DNA of 64,000 bases, taken from contig OZ176057.1 in the NCBI GenBank assembly GCA_964247055.1, positions 4,464,001 through 4,528,000 of the forward strand, written 5' to 3'. This DNA comes from Paragordius varius (Eukaryota > Animalia > Nematomorpha). The position numbers were made by a program, and so were the translations under genes. The notes below the pieces were generated by a model, which saw nothing but the letters and a program-made list of their open reading frames with translations, was not told the origin of the DNA and searched no databases. This document shows, piece after piece, positions 52,587 through 64,000 of this stretch; positions within the stretch are counted from its first letter, which is position 1; each line of letters opens with the position of its first letter.

Positions 52587-53732
52587 TATATATATTTTAA
52601 GATAGGAACATATATATCAGGATTATTATAGTGCTTTTGGTTTTTGAGAAAATGCATATTTAAAAATTCAATTTATATCAATTTTGTTAAAGCGTACTTC
52701 TTATTATTTTACGGTATGGTGAAAATAAACGCTTTAAGACAATATAAAAACATTTAATTATACATACTCAGAATTTTGATTTAAATATTCAATCCGTCTT
52801 AATAATCATGTTAAATATAAATTGATTTATAAAACTCACAGCAAACAAAGCATCATTGAATCTAGATAAAGTGTTTTTATAATTTCTTAAAACATTTTAT
52901 ACCCTTATCACTATGCTTAAAAATTACCATAAAACTGGCTTCACCAAAATTTTGCTAAAGATTATATTTTTTAACAATCCATTTGTTTTTATCTTGCATC
53001 GGCATTTTTGCGTTTATTTTATACGAACTAGCCCATTTCAGAAAGGCGAAATTGGGAGTTTTGCATTACACATCTAAAAATTAAAATTTTTATAAAAAAA
53101 GTTTTATATAACAAAATGTGCACAATTCCCATTTTCCGATATGGAGCAATTACTCCATAATAGTGTAAATAACATCCATAAAACTCGTAAGGCCCAAAAT
53201 CAAAAGCACCATAAAATACATTTACTTACAGAAGATATATTTGCATCAGGTTTGTGTCGAAACTGTTATTGCATTGATAAAAAATGAAAGCTTTTTTATG
53301 CAATTTGGCATTTTAAAAAAGTTATTGCACTAAAAGGATCGAGAATGCCTATTTTTAAATTTTGCCTAATATCTAAAATTCTTTTCAAAAAATTTGAATT
53401 TAAAACCCACGAGTACCAAATTAACTCATCGTATAATGAAATGTTATTAATTAAATAGATATACGTTAAAAATATGTAGTGGTTAATAAACTTTATTTAT
53501 TATCATGTTCTAACAAGAAAATTATGGTGAATATACATTTATTTTCATTTACCATAACACTTCGAAACATCAATTGATTATTATCGATTTTAATTGTCTT
53601 TTCAAAATGGTATCACTTTATATTTGAGTTAACCCCATCCATTAAATCTCATTTTGAAAATTTAATTAACACTACTATTTACATTGAAATACTCCAATTT
53701 TATAGATAATCAATGACGAACTATAACAACCC

Positions 53733-54431
53733 ATGATGTTGGTCCAAGAAATAAATAATGAACATGCTAAAAACGCCCTACGTATGCTAAATGTAAAATC
53801 GTGTCGCATCCATCTACAAAGGGATCAACGGATTGCAAAATTGTTGGCTATTCAACAAAAATTTTTACGATTACCACATCTGCATGTGTTCGATGATAAT
53901 AGCTCACTTCCCATTCCTCTAACATACGATTTTGATTACGATAAGAATCATGATTTTTATGATGATTTATCAACACCACTCAATGTTGGAAACGAAGTGG
54001 GTGATAATGGTAAGCTTTGTTGTTGCATCAACCAAAAACTAAAACCCTTTTGCCGACTAGGATGTGTTTGCAAAAGCTTGCAAAATGGATGGAATGAACG
54101 GAAACCACATTGTCGAAGGGAACAATGTATGTTTGGATGCCTTTGTAGCCGAGACAAACTCATAAAAAGCATACAACACGATGACAAATTTGACACGATA
54201 ATCCCATCTAAACGGCCTCGAGTTACTACGCAATTTTTTAATCCATCGCCCAAAGCTCCCCCAATCTCGAAAAAAGCGGCCCGAAAAATTTGCTCAAAAA
54301 ACGACACAATATATCGAAATGATAATACTAATAATTTTAATTTTGCTGCTAAACATTTAAACTCCCCTATAAACAATAATAATACAACAACAAAGGGTTT
54401 AACGCCATACTTTTCCTTACAATGTCATTAG
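53733..54431 (+). CDS. 232-aa protein with MGA-type conserved Cys motif (MGA_dom-like)
   Basis: Uninterrupted, relatively GC-rich ORF containing KPFCRLGCVCKSL...PHCRREQCMFGCLC, matching the CRLGCxC...HC..xxCMFGCxC motif known from MAX gene-associated protein. No T-box or bHLH seen. Confidence 0.8.
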   Translation: MMLVQEINNEHAKNALRMLNVKSCRIHLQRDQRIAKLLAIQQKFLRLPHLHVFDDNSSLPIPLTYDFDYDKNHDFYDDLSTPLNVGNEVGDNGKLCCCINQKLKPFCRLGCVCKSLQNGWNERKPHCRREQCMFGCLCSRDKLIKSIQHDDKFDTIIPSKRPRVTTQFFNPSPKAPPISKKAARKICSKNDTIYRNDNTNNFNFAAKHLNSPINNNNTTTKGLTPYFSLQCH

Positions 54432-54504
54432 AAAACACCAAACAAACATAATTACATTTTGTATTTATTATAATATTATATAGAATAATAAATTTTTATA
54501 AATA

Positions 54505-54740
54505 TCAACTATTGATGATGATGGATATCCCTTACTTTGGATACAAACACTGGGGCACTTGAGACAGCTTGGACTGTGGCATTCTGTTGTTAGATACCTG
54601 TGCAAGTTCAAACATTGATTCTGCTTTTATTTTTTAATCTGATCTATGTATTGTAGCTTGGCCCTTGTTTTCACCCCCTTCAATTAGGCCCAACAGCATA
54701 TTTTTAATCATTTGGTTCTTTCATTGTTCTTAAAGAGTTA
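54505..54740 (-). pseudogene. Possible decayed LINE 3' end
   Basis: Frame-shifted NMLLGLIEG / VKTRAKLQYIDQIKK resembles the RTE C-terminus; ends in a CATCATCAT run. Confidence 0.3.
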
Positions 54741-57700
54741 TTACAACCAAAATTAAAAATCAATACTTCTAAATACTTGATTTTTTTCAAAAGATATTTG
54801 GTCCTTATTGTAATTTTTAAATGGCTTATTTTTCAAAATTTTAAATAAACTTATATAGCAATAATAGAAATATAAATATTGTTAGAGGCATTAATGGTAT
54901 ATCTATTAGCCAATAAATCGTGTTAAAAATGATGTAAGCCTTTATATATAAAATGAATTTTTTGATAATTTGCTCCAAAGCGGAAGTTGCGTATAATTTT
55001 TTATAAAACATCCATTATAACTGTGAAAAAAGAGGCTAATTTTTTTAACAAAAATTTTTTTATATCAGATAGCATATAACTAGCGAATTCGATTGCCGCA
55101 CAAATATTTTTTGACGACCTAGTTTTTTAAATGAGAGATAATCGAAATAAATCCCAGTAAAAATATTATGTGTTATAACAAATCTACTGAAAGATGTACG
55201 GATTATTGGTTGATATTCCAGTATTTTTAAATCTTATTTTTTATACTTTATGGTTCCCGCTCATGTAAAATTCAAAAACACTAAATTTATTATACACTCA
55301 TAAAACCAGATGATAAAAAAAATAAAAAACGGTGTATTTCTAGTTTTATGTTGATTTATTTTTAGTGTATAAAATATGAATGTTAGGATTTTAAAAGTTA
55401 GTTTGTTTAGTAATATGAAATTATTTTAATAAAGATTTATCAAAAATTATATTAAGAAAAAAACAAGATTTTTTGATCTGAGTTTTTCAAAAACCCTAAC
55501 AGTTAGGGTTTTTGATGCAAGTTTATCCTAAATACAAAAATGTAATGCAATAAAAATTCCAAAATAGAAAAGAAAATAGAATACAGTAACAGAAACAACT
55601 TGTGCCAAAATTTTAAAACAATTTTAATGTAGGAAAATTTTTCTACTTTCAAATTGGATAAAAAATAAAAAATACCAAAATTAAAATAAAGAAAATAAAT
55701 TAATATTATATAAGGGTAAATTTGTTTTTATGTGTATTTTAAAAATTATCAATAAAAAAAATAATTTAAGTATCAATATGGTCATAGGGCAATTTTAAAG
55801 AGCTCTTGGGGCCGCATGCGGCCCGCGGGCCGCGGTTTGAGTATCACTGCCCTAACTACTTGATTTACTATTTATAAATTTTATTATCTGATAAAATGAT
55901 AAATCTTAATATAGAAAGTTTATCATTTTTTAATTATGCTTAAGTTTTAACTTTTTGCCCAGTTTCGATTTCTCGATTATAAAAAAACTAGATCGTCAAC
56001 GAACAAAAATTTTTGCGGGAAATGAAATCGTTAGTTAAAGCTTTCTCATGAAAAAAAATTTTTTTGCACACAGTGTAATATATATTAGATATTTGTAAAT
56101 ATATTATTCCGCTTTGGTGCAAATTATTAAACAATTTATTTTTTATATGTGCAAAATAACTTTGTTACCATATTAGGTACCGCATAAAGATACAGTAAAA
56201 ACTAAAATTATACAGACAAAACGTAAAAATATAAAGACAAATATTTTTTTCAAAAGACAGCCAACAATACTTTTAGAATCTAATTTTTCTATATAACTTA
56301 TATAATTATTGTAAAATAAATAATTTATTTTTCTACCAATATACGTATCAATTTCCCACTTGTGCGATTATAAACAATAATTTATTCAAATAAATCAATA
56401 TTTTGAAAGTATGGTTGACTTTAAAAAAATATTTTCCCATATATTATTACGTTTTGTCCGTATGTAATTTTTACTGTAAGTTTTTATGCCGAATTGGACC
56501 TTCTAAATAAATGTAAAATCTTTATAGTTACATTTTTATTTAGGATTATTCTTATTAATTACAAATAATATTTGACGGGTTTACATCTATTGTTTTTCAT
56601 TTCATTTGATCAGATGTGCGATGAAAATGCGATTTTGGAGTTAGGCTAATTGCATACAAATTAAAATCACTTTTTCCCAGATCGCACTAAACATTTCGAT
56701 ATTCATTATCCTAAAGCATTTAGCTAACGAATGATATATGGATAAAAAACATTTATTTTTGGTTCTTATTCTTAAAAACGCACCAAAAATTTATAGTAAT
56801 GAAAAGTTAAATTTGGATTAAACAAAAAAATTAATTTTTAGCTTTATAACTATTGCATTTTTCTTATATAGTATCCCATTTCTACATATATTTTGACATA
56901 TTTATTTATGGAAAAATTAATAAATTAAAATTATAAAACACGTAAAAATAAAAAGATAAATATTTTTTTTCCAAGGTTCAACAATATTTTTTAAACCATG
57001 ATTTTTTAACTATAACTCATGGTTTAATTCTCAAAATCAAACAGTAAATTAATAACGCGCATATAAATTTTAAAATCGTAATTAGATAGTCTATGTATGA
57101 AATATCGAGATTTAAAAAATGATTTTATTTAAAAATAATTGCCTTTTAGTTTTTACCTCTTGTCTGTATAAATTTAATTTTTTTTGCAACTGTCCTATCA
57201 GGCTGTGGAGTATCGACCGGTCAGAATTCTGCGCTTCGCTAATGAATGCACTAATGCTGATATTGTACAAAATAATAAATCCAATCAAATTGCTTTTATT
57301 AGTGTTAATTTTTATATAAAGCAGTGTATAATGTTGGCTTCGACAAAAGTTACCGGAAAACCTGTAGGCCTATACAAATATAAAATAGGAAAATGCATTC
57401 TTAATGAATTTGGTTTTTTATAAAGCCAAAAATTATAGTCAAGAATTTAATGCACAAAGACCGAATAAGCCAGCAAACGGAAAATTGCATTTGTCTATTT
57501 TTAGGATTTTCACATATAACAAAATTTTTTAAATAAATTTCATGTCAATTTTTATATTTAAATCATTATGAATAATCATGGTGGAACAAAAAATGAATTA
57601 TTCGCTATCCATTATCATTAAATAAATAATTTACTCTTTTTTAGCAATTTTAGAAATAATTTATCGATTTAATTAGAGAATAATTTCAGAAAGAAATAAT

Positions 57701-58536
57701 TAGCCGAGCTAAAATATAATCCCAATTTTAGAGTTTCAAGAAACAATGTTAATAAATATGGTGTCTTAACAGTATTTTTTTATAAAAAATTTTTAGTCTA
57801 TTAAACATTTGACAAAATCACATATGATTAAAACATGATTGAATTGAAATCTAAGCTTGCCCATTTACGTATTATAAAAACATCTCCTGAAAACCTGAAT
57901 CAACCGAAGAAAATTCTACACATAGGAAACAATATATCATGATTTATATTTGATACAATAATAAAATATACATATGATATATTATGACAGCTTTTCCAGA
58001 AAATCCCAAAATTTTTGGAAGTTTAGCAATTCAAGATTCAGATACATACATTTAACCCAATAGAGAAGTTAATTTGGTTATAAATTTATAAAAAAAAAAG
58101 GTTATTTGATAAGTTTTCCCATGATTGAGCAATTTAATATTATGCGCATATATTGGCATATTAGAGTTTATGTCATCGGATTTCAGGGAAAAAAACGTAC
58201 CTCTAACTTAATTTAAGCGGTTTCACCGGTAAAATTTTTGTAAAACTTCCTAAAATACTGCCTCAAGAAAAATCTATCATGTTCCATATATAGATGAAAA
58301 CTTGAATGATATACCCTTTATATTTATAATGGTTCAGTTTAAATGCAGACAAATATGTTAAAGGTGTATATATTTAATTAAACTTGATAGCAATCATATA
58401 AAACACAAGTATACACTTACATGTATGTATAATATGTAAGTGTGATTGAATAAATTGTACCAAAACATAAAATTATATTATTTAAGCTATGGAGAAAAAA
58501 ATCAATCAATCAATAAGAAAAAATTAGATATTGTGT

Positions 58537-58670
58537 TTAAGCAGTTTTAGGAGCGCCTGCTGCTTGAGTCGATGATGTTCCTGAAGCCAAATTCTGTGAA
58601 GCCTGGAATTGCGTAACAAAATCGCTCACGATAGTTTTGAGTTTGGCATCTAAGTCATCGCTAATCTTTC
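58537..58670 (-). CDS. ATP5F1A: Mitochondrial ATP synthase F1 subunit alpha, terminal exon
   Basis: aatatag|GA AAG ATT...; GKISDDLDAKLKTIVSDFVTQFQASQNLASGTSSTQAAGAPKTA* with TAA at 58539-58537. Confidence 0.92.
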
Positions 58671-59130
58671 CTATATTTTTTTGTAATTTACATAAAAAAT
58701 GTTTTAATAATAGTTTTTTTGAACGTGATAAAAATTATATATATATATATATATAATAATAAACAATATATACGTAGAAAGGTATCATATTACTTACAAC
58801 ACAATTATGTCGTAATTATAATAAATTTTAAAAACATTTGATAAACCAAAAAATATCTCAATGTGGTATAGTTACAATACAAAATGTATATTTGACATTT
58901 GTGAGAATGATAATTATATATAAACAGGAATGACTTTATTTAAAAGCAATTTTATAGATTTACATTTTTAATTCGATCAAGAACTCAACCCCCTTTAGGA
59001 GACAAAATTAAATGCACAAAAATATTTTACAAAACTAAAAATATGTAAGTGAAAAATAATTAATGACTTATTAATTGCAAACATGCAAATTAAATAGTTT
59101 AAACAAAATCTACAGAAAAATACCCCATGA

Positions 59131-59390
59131 CAGGGGTGTCCAAAACAAATGACTTCGCAGGCGCATTGGAATATATATTCTATATGGACTTTCAAAAATA
59201 TTTTATTAGATTTCAAACACAAGAGAATAAAATGCAAACATAATATAACATCTTTTTCTTGTTCGATAACAATTGCACGAATTAGAAAATTTGTTAAAGA
59301 AGTATCCAATTTTGATATGATTTTTAAAGCATATTTTTGCAAACTTATGGATTAACAAATGTTTCGTAGGCCATATATTAGCCACCCCTG
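59131..59390. mobile_element. hAT-like MITE in ATP synthase intron
   Basis: Ends CAGGGGTGTCC / GCCACCCCTG; no TSD match. Confidence 0.55.
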
Positions 59391-59525
59391 TGAAATTATC
59401 TACCATCATATTCAGAAACAAGGAATATTGATAATCACATGCAAACATATTATCAACTAAACACACATTCACCATTGTATTTCACTAAAAAAAGACAATA
59501 AAATTACGGAAAACCATATACATAC

Positions 59526-59684
59526 CTTCCTCCTTAATGCGTTTAAGTAAATCCGAATATTGGCTCTTTATGTGCGCACTAAATTCCTTTTCAAATTGCG
59601 TAATTTTATTTGGTTCCAACTTATCGAGGTATCCTTTAACACCCGTATATATAATAGCTACTTGTTCTTCAATAGCCATAGGTA
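59526..59684 (-). CDS. ATP5F1A: ATP synthase subunit alpha, penultimate exon
   Basis: tcttttag|TA CCT ATG...GAA G|gtatg; (V)[52 protein letters not shown]. Confidence 0.96.
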
Positions 59685-60583
59685 CTAAAAGATAAGAAAA
59701 AACCCATTTTTAATAAATTAAATAAAATTTAGGAATATGAGCACTGAAAAATGATAATTTGCAACTTTATTAACAATTCTATTTTGCTTAATTTCCAATT
59801 AATTTGACAATTGGAATGATATTTTAATACAATTTAAATATATCTCTCATTGATGTAGTTAGTTGTAAATTTAAACAAAAGTTGTTAAATTAAAAACAGG
59901 TATATTAATATTCTGTATTAGCTTATTAAAAAACGTAAAAATGCTTAATTTCAACAAAATTGTAAATTATCTGAATATTAGGATATATAAATGCATAATT
60001 TTTAAGCAAAGAGAATGATAAAATCTTTATTTTTTGTAGTATAAAAAGGGGTATATTTTGCGTAAAAGAAAACCCAAAATGCCCATTTTAAGCAAAATAT
60101 TCGAAAATTATACATTAGTATAGCATATGAAACAATATAAAATATTCCGCCTAAGAGTGCGCATTATTATTGGCTAGTAATTGTAATAAAAAGTGAAAAA
60201 AATAACTGTAAAGCCAATAATACTGCCCTTTGCTATATATGTATTGATAAAAAAAGGCTTGTACAGTTTATAGGAGCTGTGTTTATTTTAAAGGGTATTC
60301 CCATAAACAGACGCGTAATTAATTATGTGCTAACATAACAGGAAAATAATTGAACAACGAGAAAATGCATTATTTTTAAACCCGATTGAGCAAAGTTAAT
60401 TCCGATTGACTAAGTAGCAGCATATAATGTAATAATTAATAAAAATACTATATAGAGTAAATAGCTAACATTTCTAAGGATAAAAAAGTCGAAACACTGT
60501 ATAAAAGGCGTATACTTAGTATTAATTTAATACAACATAAAAATGCCGTAATTTTTACACCAAAAAACGTGTAAATTATAAAC

Positions 60584-60764
60584 CAAGGATGTCCAACACG
60601 CTTTATTTGGTATGCAAAAGTGCTTTAAAAAAATTAAAAAAAGTTAAAAATTGGATTTCAATTAAAAATTTACCATTATTTGAAAAATATATCATCCAAG
60701 ATTGAGCTCAAATAAAAAACCAATAATAAAGCAGCCGTGAAGATATTTGTGTTGGACACCCCTG
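60584..60764. mobile_element. hAT-like MITE (related copy ~63180-63441; single ends at 2347 and ~26840)
   Basis: CAAGGATGTCCAACAC ... GTGTTGGACACCCCTG; 8-bp flanks TTATAAAC/TTAGGAAC (6/8 match). Confidence 0.7.
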
Positions 60765-60869
60765 TTAGGAACATACATTTAGCAAGAGACTCATCAAAAA
60801 TTTCTTTCTAAGGGAAGCGAAAAAAACGCTTTTAAATAAAACATGGCGGCAAAAATAGCGCGCGCCTTA

Positions 60870-61064
<195 letters not shown>

Positions 61065-63852
61065 TTAAAATAAATTATAGACATATGTTTGTTATGTAAG
61101 GGGGAAGGGAGGGAAAGAAGGCAATTTTGAATCAAAAAATGATAGAAATAAAGTTAAATACTAAAATGGGTTTTTATAAAAATTTAATTTAAAATATACC
61201 AAATTTCATGCTAAACAAGCAATATTTTTCCAATCAAACGCAACATTTTTCAAGCAAAAACAATTTTTTAAATTAAAAAATATTTTTTTATTTTATGACA
61301 TTATGCCTTAGTATGTCCTTAATCATAAGTTAATATAATTAAATTTTAGCGTTAAATTATGTTAATGGTAAACTAATTTCAAACATTTTATTTTGCCCAT
61401 AAATTGCAATTATTTAAAATTTTTTTTTGGTTAACAACTTAAGTTTCAAATATAATCAATTTATACAATTACTTCAAGAATTTCCTTGAATACTCAAGTT
61501 TCCTTCAATAATTTAATTTTGATTTTAATTAATGAAGCAATAAAATACTCATCTATTTTATCACTTTAAACCTATTCTCATTATATTCTTTCGAATAAAT
61601 ACCATCTATTTTTATAAGCGTATATCCTTATTTTCTATATAAAATTTATTCATAAAAATATCTACATTTTGTAGGTTATTAATTGTAATATTTATTAAAA
61701 CATTATTTAAGTTTATAATATTTGTTAAATTAAAGAAAATTAGTTCAAAACAAATAACGCTGTTTTTACTATGAAAATATTTTAATGAAAAAATACTAAT
61801 TTAAGAAATTTAAATAATAGATAATTACATACAAAAAAACGGTTGTATGTAAACTGCAAAAAATTTACGGACCAATTAAAGCGAACGAACTTTAAACTTT
61901 CAGAAACACTCTGTAGCGCAAATGGTATAGATGATTAGGTGAAACTAAAGTTGTAAAAGGAAAAAAAATAATTTATATAAAAATGCAATTTATGAGCAAT
62001 ATATAATGTTAAACAAACAATCAATTAACCATCAAATATTGATGATAAAACAATAAAAATCATAATTAAACACTAAAATTATATTAACTTAAATACAATT
62101 GTTATATTTTTAATTTTAAAACGTTAGTTGTTTTTGCTTGAAAAAATGTTGCGTTTGCTTGAAAATTCTTGTTTCTGCATATATAGTTATGGGGTATAAA
62201 ATGGGAAAATTATAATGAATTAAAAAAAACTATCAAAATAAATAATGAGTCATATTTATTTATTAACCAAAAAAGTAAAAAAGTTTAATTTTAAACGCTT
62301 TAAAGAGAAAATATATATATTTAAACTCTAGGAATATGTTGAAAAACGTATAAAGATAAGTAAAAGTTAAAAATATGACAAATCTCGATATAATATTTCG
62401 AGTGCCCCAAAATAAATTAAAAGATAAAAAAAGAAATTAATTTTAAAAGTGTTTTTAATAAGAACTCATAAAATTTATATGATGGTATGGTTAATATAAA
62501 ATTGTAAATATTATAATTAAAAAAAATCATTTTTTAAATAGAGAACAAAAAAAAGTAATGCTTACACACAAGCTATCTTTAATTGAAAAATATATATATA
62601 TGTAACTTATTTAACCGTTTAAAGTAGAAAATATTATAAAAATATATAAAAAAATAAATATTTTTCAAAAAGGCCAATCATACTTTAGACATCCTTTTCA
62701 TTTAATTTTTCCGTAAAAAACTTATAAGATTATAATTTTTAAATAAGTTAGCTATATTATCTTTATAAGGTAACAATGTATGGCTGTCTTTTACAAATAA
62801 AATATTTGTCTTTAAATTTTCAATTTTATATTAAACAAATTTGAAATGTAGTAATTTAAACCATATACACTTCAAATTCACCCTAAAATGAAATGTTTAA
62901 AATAAAAAATTAATATTTTTTAATACTTTTAGGAAATGAATTTTTGTGTAAAATTTAAATAATACCGAAATAAACTATGCCATAAAGATATATAAGATAT
63001 TAATGATGAGTTATATTAGCCCTAAAATGCATAATTTATTTTAAAAGTTAATTGAATTGTAAATGGTACATATTATTTCCATTTTTTATCAAAAAAATCC
63101 AAAAATTGTAAAATAGTTAATTTGTTTTTATTGTCAAATTGTTTTTAAAATAATATTGAGGCAATCGATAATTTTAAAAAAGTGGTATCCAACACGTGAT
63201 CCTGCGATTTTATTTGCGACGCGCAAAAATTTTAAAATTCATAACTTGAAAAATTACTTACAAAATACTATTGATCGAAATTAATCTATCCAATAGGCAG
63301 AAATTAGAAAAAATACTATACTGTTGTGTTTACACTTTACAGACTTATGTTTGAAATCTAATAAATTATTATATTTCCCCGCCAGATTTTTTTGAAAATC
63401 TAAAATGCGGCTTGCAAAGCCATTTGTGTTGGACACCCCCCGTCTGGTTTAAAATAAAGGGGAAAAGTTGCTTTAATTTTAAATTTATACAACCACCGCC
63501 GAACCTAATAGAATATGATGTTGTGTTAATTTAAAAAAAAAATTCAAAAAAATTATTTTATAAAAATGTTAAATGTGAAAAATTTGGTTGATTATATTTA
63601 AACTTATTTTTTTTATCTAAAGTTCTAAGCAAAATAATTAAGACGCAATTGTTTAAAGTTCTTAAACTTTCAAACCTAAATTTTATACATATATATATAT
63701 ATATATATAACTATTTACAAAATTATAGCTTTCAAAAAAATAAAAAATGTTTTTTCTAAAAACCAAAAAAAAAACAAAATGAACCTTCAATATTATAGAA
63801 TAGGTGAAAAAAATATAAAATCTCTATATCTTCAAATATTTTATTAAATAAT

Positions 63853-64000
63853 GATTTCAACAATCAAAATATATTGCCCCATAACATTAAAAGTTTCCAA
63901 CAATCAAACATATATTTTCAACAATCCAATAATTTTTTCAACAATCAAAATATATTGCCCAATAGCATTTTAATTTCCAACAATCAAACATACATTTTCA
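63853..64000. repeat. Tandem ~20-bp CAACAATCAAA-type repeats in an ~80-bp higher-order unit, running off the window
   Basis: Repeated TTCAACAATCAAAATATATTGCCC / TTCCAACAATCAAACATA; loosely related 20-bp motifs at ~3690-3780, 12580-12715, 61230 and 62135. Confidence 0.75.

Noticed and set aside
53232-53249. 18-nt AG/GT-bounded stretch (EDIFAS)
   Set aside because: Coincides with the ATATTT.CATCAGG terminus of the CCTGAT repeat family.
53957-54376. 139-aa minus-strand ORF, and similar antisense ORFs at 8602, 21385, 23398, 34018, 35536, 35838, 36770
   Set aside because: Shadows of real coding or TE frames on the opposite strand.
57184-57423. 79-aa ORF with faint Transib-like resemblance (RPVRILRFANE)
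   Set aside because: Similarity too weak and no TIRs or further motifs found.

Overview
Very AT-rich (roughly 75-80% AT by eye), intron-rich eukaryotic (animal-like) genomic DNA; the species cannot be assigned from sequence alone. Most of the window is transposon-derived: two RTE-clade LINEs, a Ty3/gypsy LTR element with TSD, hAT, mariner and Penelope relics, several MITE families and two long fold-back palindromes. Recognisable host genes are the last three exons of mitochondrial ATP synthase subunit alpha (minus strand, with a 20-aa C-terminal extension) and a 232-aa ORF carrying an MGA-type Cys motif. The main new observation is invisible to the ORF track: a plus-strand chain of about 19-20 symmetric phase-1 micro-exons (3-18 nt, each AG/GT flanked) over 11.8-28.1 kb. 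Spliced together they give a stop-free Gly/Ala/Val/Glu-rich repetitive peptide, i.e. a candidate micro-exon gene. A second micro-exon cluster at 1.7-2.2 kb looks like the 3' end of another such gene. All exon calls were made by eye and need RNA evidence.
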